A stretch of DNA of 64,000 nucleotides from Nitrosopumilaceae archaeon (GTDB lineage Archaea > Thermoproteota > Nitrososphaeria > Nitrososphaerales > Nitrosopumilaceae). How positions within the stretch are numbered: the first letter of the stretch is position 1; each line of letters starts with the position of its first letter. The translations under genes and the position numbers were made by a program. The stretch covers positions 1,120,001 to 1,184,000 of the forward strand of contig OZ242365.1 of the NCBI GenBank assembly GCA_965208905.1. The letters are read 5' to 3'. Positions 39,350 to 50,192 of this stretch are shown here, piece after piece. The notes under the pieces were generated by a model that had not been told where the DNA came from, did not search any database, and worked only from the letters and a program-made list of their open reading frames with translations.

Positions 39350-39400
39350 GCACGGTATTCGATATAAAAAGAATATATTATTGATTATAAAATTTTCTAC

Positions 39401-39703
39401 ATGATCAGCATAGCAGAAGCGAAATCAAGACGCGACAACATAGACGTAGAGGGTATAATTAAAGAACTCTCCGAACCACGAACGGTAAGAACAAAGTATG
39501 GCGAAGCTCAGGTATGCGATGCATATCTGACCGACGATCAGGATCGAATAAAACTCACATTGTGGGGTGATGACATTAAAAAAGTCAATGATGGTGACAA
39601 AGTCCAAATTCGTGGCGGATACACCAGTGAATTTCGTAACGAGATACAACTCAGTGTACCACGAAAGAATGGCGAGATTACAGTTGTAAAGAGTGACTCG
39701 TAA
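39401..39703 (+). CDS. ssb: single-OB-fold ssDNA-binding protein
   Basis: EPRTVRTKYG and IKLTLWG motifs. Confidence 0.85.
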   Translation: MISIAEAKSRRDNIDVEGIIKELSEPRTVRTKYGEAQVCDAYLTDDQDRIKLTLWGDDIKKVNDGDKVQIRGGYTSEFRNEIQLSVPRKNGEITVVKSDS

Positions 39704-39719
39704 CTTTTTTGATTTTTTA
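39704..39719 (+). terminator. oligo-T archaeal terminator candidate
   Basis: T7 and T6 runs directly after the ssb stop. Confidence 0.5.
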
Positions 39720-39889
39720 CATAATGTGGGCTTTCCCACAAATATTCATAGTATTACATACTTTGTAGTTGTACCGACAACGTTTCATAATTCGTGACCT
39801 GACGCGACCTGAACAGTCTGGCCGCCGGATTGTCTTGCTATGTCGTGTATGATGGTGGCGGTGGGTTCTTCTTCTGGTCAGGTTCCACT

Positions 39890-41566
39890 CTACTCGCCCT
39901 GAATCCGCTCCAGCGCGGATGCAGGGATGGTGTAGAGCGCCTTCTGCAGGATGGCCCCCAAGACGGGCTGGTCGCTGCGATATCCGACGGACAAATCGTA
40001 CGAGTACCCGGTGGGCCCGGCGTTGTAGACTGTCATTCCCTCTCGCTCTGCGATGGCCTGGACCACCGACCAGACACCCGCGAAGGCATCGGCCTCGCCC
40101 TGCTGAAGCAAGGCCAACCCCTCTTCAAAACTGTCCACTGATACGTACCCGACGTCTGGGTGGTTCTCGTCCAGCCAGTCCTCTATGGCATAGTCGCGGA
40201 TGGTGATCACCTGTAGCCCGGGCTCGTCCATGGCCAACTGCATCTCCTGGGCGGTCACCAGGACAGACTCGATGGTGTAGTGGGGGGTGGTGAATCCCAT
40301 GTACTCGGACCTGGAGTCGGTTTCGACAGCCAGAAAGACCAGGTCGGCATCCCTCGCCCGAACGGACTCTAAGGCATGTGACCAGTCATCTATGGGAACC
40401 TGTTGAAAGTCGACACCGATGATCCTCTCAAACTCTGACATGTATCTGCCAGCGGCGCCGGCCAGCATGCCTGACTCGTCAAGATACTCTATCGGAAACC
40501 ATCCTGGGTCGTATGCCACCCGGATCACCGGGTGCTCTGCCAACCACGTCTTCTCTTCGGCGGTCAGCATCAGGCCCGGCGTACCCTCAAAGATCTCCAA
40601 CAGGGGCGGGGAGGCATCCAGCGCCTTCTGCAGGATGGCCCCCAGGACGGGCTGGTCGCCGCGGTACCCCACCGAGAGCGGGTACGAGTGGCCGGTGGGC
40701 CCGGCGTTGTAGACGGTCATCCCCTCCTGCTCGGCGGTGGCGCGGACCACCGGCCAAGTGGCGGCGAAGGCATCGGCCTCGCCCTGCTGTAGCAGGGCCA
40801 ACCCCTCTTCAAAACTGTCCACTGATACGTACCCGACGTCTGGGTGGTTCTCGTCCAGCCAGTCCTCTATCTCGTAGTTACGGATGGTGATCACCTGTAG
40901 CCCGGGCTCGTCCAGACTCATCTGTCTGTCTTCGGCGGCCACCAGCCTGGTCTCCAGGGTGTGGTGGGGGCTGGTGAACCCCATGTACTCGGACCGCTCG
41001 GGCGTGTGCGCCACCATGAACATGGCATCAGCATCCCTATCCCGGATGGCCTCCAAGGCACCCGTCCAGTCATCCGTCAGAACCGGCTGGAGGTCGGCCC
41101 CGGTGAGCTCCTCAAACTTGATTATATAGTGCAGAGTGACCCCGGCTATCTGGCCGTGCTCGTCGGCGTACTCTATCGGAAACCATCCCGGGTCGTGTGC
41201 CACCCGGATCACCGGGCGCTCTGCCAACCACGCCTGCTCTTCAGGGGTCAGCCCCAGGATTGCGGCGGGTGGCTGCATAGGACCTCTCTCCAGATCAATC
41301 CCGCGGGACATCAGAATATCGGCGGTACCAGGGAATAGACAGAGGGGCCGCGAGTCGTCCAGGTATAACTCCCTGGGCTCGTTGCACTGCACCCCGGAGG
41401 ACGGTACCCCCTGTTGGTGTGCCGGCGGTGCATGCGAGCCGTATCCGTCCGGGGATGCCGCCTGGGCAACCGCCACCACCATCATAGCTACCACTATCCC
41501 CAATACGGCGCACGCCATCACGTCGGATTGCCGGTTCCACGTACGGATGGGCGGCTTCATATGCAA
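39890..41566 (-). CDS. secreted protein with two tandem family-3 solute-binding (Venus flytrap) domains
   Basis: Signal peptide; LTxEExxWLAExPVIRVAxDPGWFPIEY occurs twice with a 228-aa period; visibly GC-rich. Confidence 0.85.
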   Translation of the reverse strand: MHMKPPIRTWNRQSDVMACAVLGIVVAMMVVAVAQAASPDGYGSHAPPAHQQGVPSSGVQCNEPRELYLDDSRPLCLFPGTADILMSRGIDLERGPMQPPAAILGLTPEEQAWLAERPVIRVAHDPGWFPIEYADEHGQIAGVTLHYIIKFEELTGADLQPVLTDDWTGALEAIRDRDADAMFMVAHTPERSEYMGFTSPHHTLETRLVAAEDRQMSLDEPGLQVITIRNYEIEDWLDENHPDVGYVSVDSFEEGLALLQQGEADAFAATWPVVRATAEQEGMTVYNAGPTGHSYPLSVGYRGDQPVLGAILQKALDASPPLLEIFEGTPGLMLTAEEKTWLAEHPVIRVAYDPGWFPIEYLDESGMLAGAAGRYMSEFERIIGVDFQQVPIDDWSHALESVRARDADLVFLAVETDSRSEYMGFTTPHYTIESVLVTAQEMQLAMDEPGLQVITIRDYAIEDWLDENHPDVGYVSVDSFEEGLALLQQGEADAFAGVWSVVQAIAEREGMTVYNAGPTGYSYDLSVGYRSDQPVLGAILQKALYTIPASALERIQGE

Positions 41567-41671
41567 GTAGTATTCTTGATTATATTTAACAATATCTTGG
41601 GGAACTTATCCCTGTGAGATACGCCCCCGCTGGCGGTTTCAGATATATAACATAATATGTCAAACTATATT

Positions 41672-41769
41672 GCAGAGGTATCGAAGCCCGGTCAACCGAG
41701 AAGGACTCAAGATCATCATAAGAAATCCTTTCCTTTAGGGGTTCGTGGGTTCAAATCCCACCTTCTGCA
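41672..41769 (+). tRNA. tRNA-Leu(CAA) with 13-nt intron (41712-41724)
   Basis: AAGGA-CT-CAA-G-[intron]-A-TCCTT, variable arm, GGTTCAAATCC. Confidence 0.9.
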
Positions 41770-41846
41770 CTACATCTTATTTGGTACGAATCAAATCATA
41801 GACTAAAAAATATAGATTCAATCTAACATATGATCATAATGTCATG

Positions 41847-42173
41847 TTATAGTACACGACTACCGGATGGAACCTCTTCTGGCACACTCAGCCAAAAAGG
41901 CTTATCGTCTACATCTGCTGCCAACAGCATCCCCTCGGATGTCACACCTGATATCGTTCTAGGCTCTAAATTAAGCAACACCACGACGGTCTTGCCTATG
42001 AGGCTGTCGGGTGTGTAATATTGAGCTCCGCCAACTATTATGGTTCTTGTCTGACCTCCCACATCTATGACCGCCTGACATATTCTACTCTTTCCTGGCA
42101 TTGTATCTGCAGATACTATGCGGGCTACTCGTATGTCTAGTCGGGCAAAGTCGTCGTATGATATCTCTTCCAT
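41847..42173 (-). CDS. tRNA-binding protein (Trbp111/CsaA-like)
   Basis: DFARLDIRVA and NLEPRTISGVTSEGMLLAA motifs. Confidence 0.88.
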   Translation of the reverse strand: MEEISYDDFARLDIRVARIVSADTMPGKSRICQAVIDVGGQTRTIIVGGAQYYTPDSLIGKTVVVLLNLEPRTISGVTSEGMLLAADVDDKPFWLSVPEEVPSGSRVL

Positions 42174-42339
42174 GAGTATATGAAATACAAGGGACAATAT
42201 AATCTGCCGTGACGGAAGAATGGCACGTGCCATTGAAACTGGAGTTACGGTTCCGGATTTTAAGCACAATGCCCATCACGGGTGATATGAGTACAAGTAA
42301 GCGCAATTTATGTATGACGTTTACATCATACATCTAACA

Positions 42340-42765
42340 ATGGCGGTAATTAATGTGGTCATGCCTATTAGGGCTCCATCTGAAACTGTCTGGGAGATTG
42401 TCTCGGATTTGGATGCCGAACCTAAATTCTGGAAGGGAACAAAAAGTATTAGAAATATATCTAAAGATGGAGACCGGGTGCATCGCGAGATAACCATAGC
42501 TTTCAGAGATCAAAAATGCATACAAGATGTAACACTGTATCCTCCCAACAGAATAGATGCTCAATTTGTAAAAGGGATAATTAAAGGCAACAAGGAGATT
42601 GTGGTTGCTGGCGATGAACAGGCCACCACACTGAGCGTAACATGGAACATAGAGTTGTCGGGTATGATGAAGATGTTTACTAAAATGATAGCTGGTCATA
42701 TAGAGAATGGCACAAGGCAGGCGCTATCTTCAATAAAACATGAGGCTGAGGGAAATACAGAGTGA
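42340..42765 (+). CDS. SRPBCC/polyketide cyclase family protein
   Basis: APSETVWEIVSDLDAEPKFW motif. Confidence 0.8.
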   Translation: MAVINVVMPIRAPSETVWEIVSDLDAEPKFWKGTKSIRNISKDGDRVHREITIAFRDQKCIQDVTLYPPNRIDAQFVKGIIKGNKEIVVAGDEQATTLSVTWNIELSGMMKMFTKMIAGHIENGTRQALSSIKHEAEGNTE

Positions 42766-43958
42766 TGTTGGAAGTACTGCACGGTATCTTGGCAGGTATA
42801 ATGGTGATGGTGACCATAGCCTGGCTTGTACTACTCCGTGGAATTATACGAACATTTCGTCTTACGCCACATATTCGTATGTATTCACAGAGTTCCCAGG
42901 TAAGACCCAAAGTATCGGTCATCTTACCTGCGCGGAACGAGGAGAAGTACATTGGACGCTGTCTAGACAGTCTGGTAAAACAAGACTATGACGAATACGA
43001 AGTTATTGCTGTTAATGATTCGTCTGATGACTCCACAGAGAGTATAATCTCTGACTATGCAAACAAACACACCAAAATACGATTGGTAAATGCACGGCCC
43101 AAACCAGAGGGGTGGATGGGAAAGAACTGGGCTTGCATGGAGGGGTATGACAACGCCACCGGTCAAATACTGCTATTTACAGACTCAGATACCGTATTTT
43201 CGCCTAATATGATATCCGTGGCGATAGATCATTTAAATGCAGAGAGTCTTGACGCATTAACGGCGATTCCATTAATTCGAACCAATGAATTTTGGACACG
43301 TATAACGCTACCCATGATATCGACATTTTTACATACACGCTTCTCTGCACTAAACGTAAATGATCCAAATAAAAAAACCGGCTACTTTTTTGGCAGCTTC
43401 TTTGTAATGCCAAAGGATGTGTATGAATCGGTGGGGACACACAAAGGTGTTCGTCAAGAGATAATCGAAGATGGCTCTCTGGGACGAAAAGTAAAAGATA
43501 TGGGGTATAACCTCAAAATGGTCCTGGCCGATGATATGTTTGAGGCCATATGGGCGCGGGATGGCTCAACATTGTGGCATGCTCTTAAAAGACTCATGAT
43601 ACCACTATACCTGCAGTGCTCCAAGACCGCTGTTGGCATATTTGTGGCAGTACTGTCTCTGTTATTTTTACCATTTCCCACACTTCTCTACTCTGTTACA
43701 CTGGACAGTAATATACTATCAGAAGTATTGTGGTGGAGCTCCCTTGCTGCATCTTTTATGATACTATGTGGGGCAATAATAGAGTCTCGCGTGTTAAAGA
43801 TAAATCTGTACAATGCCTTGGCTTGTCCTCTGGGTGGAGCCGTAATAGTCGCAGGGTTTTTTGCAGGCATATTGAGCGTGGGCAAGCAAAACTCTGTATC
43901 TTGGCGGGGCAGAGAATATACGCTAAGACACACCTCTCAAAACCCAATGGACGTTTAG
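42762..43958 (+). CDS. family 2 glycosyltransferase
   Basis: ILPARNEE, GWMGKNWAC, FTDSD and IIED motifs. Confidence 0.9.
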   Translation: MMLEVLHGILAGIMVMVTIAWLVLLRGIIRTFRLTPHIRMYSQSSQVRPKVSVILPARNEEKYIGRCLDSLVKQDYDEYEVIAVNDSSDDSTESIISDYANKHTKIRLVNARPKPEGWMGKNWACMEGYDNATGQILLFTDSDTVFSPNMISVAIDHLNAESLDALTAIPLIRTNEFWTRITLPMISTFLHTRFSALNVNDPNKKTGYFFGSFFVMPKDVYESVGTHKGVRQEIIEDGSLGRKVKDMGYNLKMVLADDMFEAIWARDGSTLWHALKRLMIPLYLQCSKTAVGIFVAVLSLLFLPFPTLLYSVTLDSNILSEVLWWSSLAASFMILCGAIIESRVLKINLYNALACPLGGAVIVAGFFAGILSVGKQNSVSWRGREYTLRHTSQNPMDV

Positions 43959-44206
43959 GGTTTCTGCAGATACAATACTCCTGCAAAGACAGACAACAAA
44001 CATGACTATGACTCATGAAATCTATGATGTTTTATTGGTGGTATCCTGAGACGATAACTATTCTGGAATGTCTATATCTTGGTTTAATATGACCACACAT
44101 TGCTTTGGGAGCATACATACGGGTTCACTCTTGGCCTATACATCATTAATACTCACAGAAGTCAAATTTCGTAAGATTTTTAGATATTGTAATTTGGTTA
44201 TACTAT

Positions 44207-45340
44207 GTGATGAATGGTGCAGTCTACATAGGTGGCGGAATGGCCGCTTTGGCAGTGGCAATACTGGTGGCTGCATATGTCTTTACTACAGATGTGCCCG
44301 AAGAGGTCGTATCTGCTAATATAACACTGACTCCTGCAGATGCGATTGAGTTTGAAGATCTCACACTAGTGGAGATATTTGAAAACACAGAAGCCAGTGT
44401 GGTCCGAATAATTGTGGACAGAAACTCCACTGATGTGTTGGACCCTAATCGTGACAGCCTAGGTTCAGGAATTGTCTTTGATAGGATGGGTAATATAGTT
44501 ACCAATGCACACGTTGTCGAAGATTCCTTAAAGACTGAGGTGACATTTTTGGATGGACGAACATATGAGGCCAAGATAGTGGGTGTTGATGTGCACACTG
44601 ACTTGGCGGTGGTCAATGTGGATGTGGACCCGGAGCTATTGCAACCAATAATGGTTGGTGATTCTGGTATGCTAAAGGTGGGACAGTCGGTGGCCGCCAT
44701 AGGCAACCCCTTTGGGCTGTCCGGCTCCATGACCTCGGGTATAGTTAGCCAGATTGATAGACTACTGGCTACTGAATCTACGGGCTTCTCCATACCTGAT
44801 GTGATACAGACAGATGCCGCTATAAATCCCGGAAACTCGGGCGGCCCACTCTTGAATATGCGGGGGGAGCTGATAGGCGTAAATACCGCCATACAGACAA
44901 ACACAGGCAACTTTAATGGTGTGGGGTTTGCCGTACCATCTCAAACTGTTGTAAAGATAATTCCCACCCTAATATCTGAAGGAAAGTATGATCATCCTTG
45001 GATTGGCGTATCTGGATTGGATATTAATCCCACACTGGTTCGTATATTGAACCTCACTGACAGTCGTGGTTTCCTGATAATAGGTGTAGTCGAAAACAGC
45101 CCTGCTAGTCGCGCAGGCCTGATAGGCTCAAACACCACTGTTATTCATGATGGCAATGAGATTCTGATAGGTGGAGACATTGTCATGCGTGTTGATGATG
45201 TTGAAGTTCGCAAGATATCTGATATACTGATATACTTACAGCGCTCAAAGACTGTGGGTGATGAATTGGTGATTCAACTGTTACGTGATGGTGACTTGAT
45301 TGAAAAGGTACTGATTCTTGATAAGAGACCTGCTGAATAA
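44207..45340 (+). CDS. HtrA/DegP serine protease with PDZ domain
   Basis: TNAHV, DLAV and QTDAAINPGNSGGPL motifs. Confidence 0.93.
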   Translation: MMNGAVYIGGGMAALAVAILVAAYVFTTDVPEEVVSANITLTPADAIEFEDLTLVEIFENTEASVVRIIVDRNSTDVLDPNRDSLGSGIVFDRMGNIVTNAHVVEDSLKTEVTFLDGRTYEAKIVGVDVHTDLAVVNVDVDPELLQPIMVGDSGMLKVGQSVAAIGNPFGLSGSMTSGIVSQIDRLLATESTGFSIPDVIQTDAAINPGNSGGPLLNMRGELIGVNTAIQTNTGNFNGVGFAVPSQTVVKIIPTLISEGKYDHPWIGVSGLDINPTLVRILNLTDSRGFLIIGVVENSPASRAGLIGSNTTVIHDGNEILIGGDIVMRVDDVEVRKISDILIYLQRSKTVGDELVIQLLRDGDLIEKVLILDKRPAE

Positions 45341-45403
45341 TAGTAATTTAAAACCCACCCAGCCTCCGCAGGATTAAATATGTACTACTACGCGTAAGAC
45401 ATA

Positions 45404-46570
45404 TTGAGTAATCTTGTATTTGATTCAGAGATCTTAAATCGTATTGTACAGGGTCGTACTTACAAAACAGACTATCTTCAAGCATACTATGATGCATTGC
45501 AGAACCCCGCCGATATATTTGCGGCTGCAACTAAACTTCGAGACGAATACAAGGGTAACACAATTACATTCTCAAAGAAAGTGTTTTTGAATGTGATAAA
45601 CCTGTGCCGAGACACATGTTCGTACTGTACTTACAAGGCGCAACTGACACAATCCAAACTTTCTATGATGAGTACTGATACAGCAAAACAGATTATACGA
45701 TTGGCTAAAAGATACAGGTGTGTGGAAGCACTGTTGGTGACCGGTGAACGGCCTGAGGAGGCGTACCCTGAAGCCAAAGAGTGGTTAAGAGGCGAGGGAT
45801 ACTCTTCTACACCCGAATATCTAGCACATATATCTGAGATATGTCTGAAAGGCGGGCTCTTTCCTCACACAAATGCTGGCAATCTGGAGAGAGATGAGAT
45901 TCGCATGTTATCTGATACAAACGTCTCGGTGGGACTGATGCTGGAGAGCTCCAGTGAACGACTCACCGGGAGTGGCATGCCGCATCATTTGGCTCCTAGT
46001 AAGAGGCCCAAAGAACGCATAAGAGTTCTAGAAGATATGGGAAGAGAGAAAATTCCCACTACTACTGGTGTGCTGGTGGGCATAGGGGAGAGTATCGAGG
46101 AGTATATTGACTCTATAATTACAATACGTGACATACATCGCCGATACGGACACATACAAGAGATAATACTGCAGAACTTTCACCCAAAGAACGACACTGC
46201 GATGAGGAATAATGCTGCAGCAGACATGACACAATTTATGATACTGGTGGCCCTAACACGAATCATGATTCCGGCTATGAATATACAGATACCCCCAAAT
46301 CTATCACCGGATATATACCCATCATATATCAATTCAGGTATAAACGACTGGGGTGGAATATCACCACTCACCCAAGACTATGTAAATCCAGAATTCTCAT
46401 GGCCGCATATACAGGATGTCTCGCAGAGATGTAGTGATTTTGGTTATAACTTAAAGTGTAGGTTCCCTGTATATCCTGAATTTGCACAGATGGTATCGCC
46501 ACATCTCAAAGAAAGAATGTCTACAATCGCGGATTCAGAGATGCTTGTGGAGGCGTCATATTGGCGTTGA
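45404..46570 (+). CDS. cofG: FO synthase subunit 1
   Basis: CRDTCSYC, PHTNAG, QIPPNL and DWGGISP motifs. Confidence 0.92.
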   Translation: MSNLVFDSEILNRIVQGRTYKTDYLQAYYDALQNPADIFAAATKLRDEYKGNTITFSKKVFLNVINLCRDTCSYCTYKAQLTQSKLSMMSTDTAKQIIRLAKRYRCVEALLVTGERPEEAYPEAKEWLRGEGYSSTPEYLAHISEICLKGGLFPHTNAGNLERDEIRMLSDTNVSVGLMLESSSERLTGSGMPHHLAPSKRPKERIRVLEDMGREKIPTTTGVLVGIGESIEEYIDSIITIRDIHRRYGHIQEIILQNFHPKNDTAMRNNAAADMTQFMILVALTRIMIPAMNIQIPPNLSPDIYPSYINSGINDWGGISPLTQDYVNPEFSWPHIQDVSQRCSDFGYNLKCRFPVYPEFAQMVSPHLKERMSTIADSEMLVEASYWR

Positions 46571-47814
46571 ATGCTCGTACAGACTCAATGTTTAGAGAGG
46601 CAGATCCAATAATTGCCTCAATACTAGATGGCGCCCTATCTGGAAGAGAAGTCACAACCTCTGAAGGTATCCAATTGTATTCTGCTAAAGATGTAGACAT
46701 TCATCTGGTGGGAATGGTGGCAGACAAACTGCGACACGACAGAGTGGGTGATGTTGTTACATACGTGGTAAATCGTAACATCAATTTTACTAACGTCTGC
46801 ATCAGGCAGTGTGGTTTTTGTGCATTTAGCAGAGATTTTAGAGAGACCGAGGGCTATATGCTCCCTGTCCCCGAGATAGTGCGCCGTGCAACCGAAGCTC
46901 ACAATTTAGGGGCGACCGAGGTGTGCATACAGGCAGGACTGCCGCCAGACATGGCTCCAGACACATACGAGAGTATATGCCTCGCCATAAAGTCTGAACT
47001 ACCTGATATACACATACATGGTTTCTCACCAGAAGAGGTGCAGTATGGTGCCCAGAGATCTAACACCACAATCCGTGAATATCTTTTACGGCTCAAGGAA
47101 GCGGGCGTTGACACACTGCCGGGAACCTCAGCAGAGATTCTTGATCAAAAACTTCGAGATAAGATATCCCCCGGACGTATCACCGTCGAATCCTGGAAAG
47201 AGGTGATCCGGACTGCCCACTCACTGGGAATTCGCACAACATCGACCATGATGTTTGGCCACATGGAGACTATGGCGCAGCGTGTACAACACATGGCACT
47301 GATACGTGATATTCAAAGAGAGACTGGTGGATTTACCGAGTTTGTTCCACTGGACTTTATAGCACAGGAGGCTCCCATGTACAAAAACAGACTACATGAT
47401 TCTATGAGGGCCGGAGCTGGCGGCGTAGATGTACTACTGACCCATGCCATATCCCGTATTATGCTACACAATATAGACAACATACAGATGTCATGGGTCA
47501 AGGAAGGTGGCAAAATGGCTCAACTGTTGTTGTTGTGGGGGGCAAACGACTTTGGCGGTACGCTGATAAACGAGAGCATATCCACAGCAGCGGGAGCTGC
47601 ACACGGTCAAATTCTTCGACCATCATATATACGCAGATTAATTTTGGATATGAATCGTATACCGGCCGAACGCACCACCTTATACAAGATAAAGAGACGT
47701 TTTGATACTGAAACCAGCGAGGATAAATTGGACATGGTAGACTCATCTAAATTCGGCTCATACGCTGAACTAGTAAAGATAGACAAGTACAGATACAAAA
47801 ATCCAAGAGAGTGA
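46561..47814 (+). CDS. cofH: FO synthase subunit 2
   Basis: NRNINFTNVC...CGFC, PGTSAEIL and GANDFGGTL motifs. Confidence 0.92.
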   Translation: MALNARTDSMFREADPIIASILDGALSGREVTTSEGIQLYSAKDVDIHLVGMVADKLRHDRVGDVVTYVVNRNINFTNVCIRQCGFCAFSRDFRETEGYMLPVPEIVRRATEAHNLGATEVCIQAGLPPDMAPDTYESICLAIKSELPDIHIHGFSPEEVQYGAQRSNTTIREYLLRLKEAGVDTLPGTSAEILDQKLRDKISPGRITVESWKEVIRTAHSLGIRTTSTMMFGHMETMAQRVQHMALIRDIQRETGGFTEFVPLDFIAQEAPMYKNRLHDSMRAGAGGVDVLLTHAISRIMLHNIDNIQMSWVKEGGKMAQLLLLWGANDFGGTLINESISTAAGAAHGQILRPSYIRRLILDMNRIPAERTTLYKIKRRFDTETSEDKLDMVDSSKFGSYAELVKIDKYRYKNPRE

Positions 47815-48012
47815 TGTATGATGGGGAGTGTGCGTAATCAAGATAACTCTGTTCTCTACATCCCTAGACGGGTTCTGTCGCAAACGCGGTTGATGTGACA
47901 TCTTACACATCATCCCAAAGTCGAACGACGTGCTCCATGCGTAAAATAACCATCAACTGTACTTTCTAGAGAGCCCCTAGACGTATAATATGGACTTTGT
48001 ATACGTAAAGGC

Positions 48013-48945
48013 ATGATGGATTTACTGATAAATGTAGCACTAACGGTGGTGGGAATATTGATGCTGTGTTATGGCGGTAACTGTCTTGTCAATGGTGGCG
48101 AAAGTATTGCTAGGCGCATGGGCATATCGAGTTTGGTGATTGGTATGACCGTAGTTGCATATGGTACATCGACCCCTGAACTTGCTGCCAGTATTGCTGC
48201 AGCAGGAGACCATGGCGATATAATACTGGGAAATATTGTGGGGAGCAATATTGCCAATATAGGACTGGTGATAGGTGTATCTACATTGCTGGTGACACTG
48301 GTAATAAGTCGCCAGACAATCCTGCGGGAAGTACCAATAATGGTGGGCTTTTCGGTTTTGTTGGTTGTACTGTCTATAGATGGTGAGATATCACAAGTTG
48401 ACGGCATAATATTGATATTGACACTGGGTGGATTTACGATATATACGATCAGGAGATCTCGTCGTGATGTACAACCTGATACTGATTCCTCAAAACCAAA
48501 ACAGTCCAATCTCAAGTCTTTTGGCTTACTGGGCATTGGGGTGGGTCTGTTATATGTTGGAGCCATACTGACTGTGGATAATGCAGTGACCATCGCCGAA
48601 GCGTTCCAGATCCCTGAAATGATCATAGGAGTAACTGTAATTGCAATTGGAACGTCATTACCTGAACTAATCACATCAATACTGGCAATACGAAAAGGCC
48701 AAATCGATATTGGAGTGGGTAATATAATCGGGAGCAACATATACAATATATTGATGATCATGGGTGTTTCTGCCACCATTGCAGGTATACATGTGGCCCC
48801 TACAATATTTCAGGATTATGTGATAATGATCATGTTTAGCATGGCGTTGTTCGTGTCTATAAAGTCTGGCAAGTTAGATTATAGGGTAGGTATGGGCTTG
48901 GTGGCCGGTTACGTGGTGTATATTGCAAGTAGTTTGGTTCTATAG
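48013..48945 (+). CDS. calcium/sodium antiporter (YrbG-like)
   Basis: GTSTPE/GTSLPE and GSNI alpha repeats. Confidence 0.92.
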   Translation: MMDLLINVALTVVGILMLCYGGNCLVNGGESIARRMGISSLVIGMTVVAYGTSTPELAASIAAAGDHGDIILGNIVGSNIANIGLVIGVSTLLVTLVISRQTILREVPIMVGFSVLLVVLSIDGEISQVDGIILILTLGGFTIYTIRRSRRDVQPDTDSSKPKQSNLKSFGLLGIGVGLLYVGAILTVDNAVTIAEAFQIPEMIIGVTVIAIGTSLPELITSILAIRKGQIDIGVGNIIGSNIYNILMIMGVSATIAGIHVAPTIFQDYVIMIMFSMALFVSIKSGKLDYRVGMGLVAGYVVYIASSLVL

Positions 48946-48983
48946 AAGATTAGGCATTTAAACGGGTTAAGAGAAAATATATT

Positions 48984-50192
48984 GTGAAAGTTCGCACACT
49001 TGACGACTTTGATCTGGCGGGCAAGACAATATATCTTCGAGTCGACATGAACTGCCCCATAGATCCACTTACAGGTGATATAATTGGTACCAAAAGAATC
49101 GAGGAGGTGGCAGAGACACTCCATACCATGAAAGACTCAAAAGTGGTTCTGGTATCACATCAAGGCCGTGTGGGAAATAGTGACTATATTGGAATGAACA
49201 AACATGCCGTTGTTCTAGAGCGTATGCTTAATCGAAAGGTCAAATATGTACAAGATGTTATTGGCGTGGCCGCTCATAACACAATAAAAGACCTAGAAGA
49301 TGGAGACATTCTATTACTGGACAATCTAAGATTGTGTGCCGAAGAGAATTACGAGTTTACTCCACACAACGCTGCCAAAACTATTATGGTGCAACGTTTG
49401 GCAAAACTATTCGACCTGTGCGTATTGGACTCGTTTCCCAGCGCCCACAGGTCCCACCCGTCCATAGTGGGCTTTCCGCAAGTAATGCCTGCATGCGCAG
49501 GTCGCATAGCTGAAAGAGAGATAAGAAATCTCAACGAGATAATGACCGTTGCAAAGGCTCCCCACGTTGTAGTACTGGGTGGAGCTAAAGTTCCAGACAG
49601 ACTTGAGGCAATTCGATTACTCATACAAAATGGTCGTGCCGATCATATATTACTGACCGGCGTTATTGGAAATGTCTTCATGCGGGCGCAGGGACGTATA
49701 CGATACCCCCTGGGAATAAAGTTTGAGGATGATGTGGTGCGAAAAGCCCATCGTTTGATTGGTGAATATCCTGATGTCTTCTCAACACCCGTAGATGTGG
49801 CAGTACGTGAGAATGACACACGCCTGGAGATGGATGTCCGCAAACTTGTGGAGGGTGAACAGATAGTCGATGTCGGCCCCAAAACTGTAGAGCATTATTC
49901 AAAGATAATTTCTAGTGCGGGAACTGTATTTATCAGTGGACCTGCCGGGAACTTTGAGATGGAGGGCTTTGATGTGGGAACAAGGGATCTCTTACGGGCC
50001 GTCTCCAAATCCATGGCCACCACAATAGTCTCCGGGGGGCATCTAACTGCCGCTCTAAAAAAATATGGCATGGATGCACACATAAATCATATCAGCACTG
50101 CGGGCGGGGCTTTGGTGTTGTATCTTACCGGCGCCAAACTGCCCATGATACAGGCACTTGAGAGTGCAAGTGAACGATTATCTACTGCGTAA
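48984..50192 (+). CDS. pgk: phosphoglycerate kinase
   Basis: RVDMN, HQGR, GGAK and ISTAGGA motifs. Confidence 0.95.
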   Translation: MKVRTLDDFDLAGKTIYLRVDMNCPIDPLTGDIIGTKRIEEVAETLHTMKDSKVVLVSHQGRVGNSDYIGMNKHAVVLERMLNRKVKYVQDVIGVAAHNTIKDLEDGDILLLDNLRLCAEENYEFTPHNAAKTIMVQRLAKLFDLCVLDSFPSAHRSHPSIVGFPQVMPACAGRIAEREIRNLNEIMTVAKAPHVVVLGGAKVPDRLEAIRLLIQNGRADHILLTGVIGNVFMRAQGRIRYPLGIKFEDDVVRKAHRLIGEYPDVFSTPVDVAVRENDTRLEMDVRKLVEGEQIVDVGPKTVEHYSKIISSAGTVFISGPAGNFEMEGFDVGTRDLLRAVSKSMATTIVSGGHLTAALKKYGMDAHINHISTAGGALVLYLTGAKLPMIQALESASERLSTA

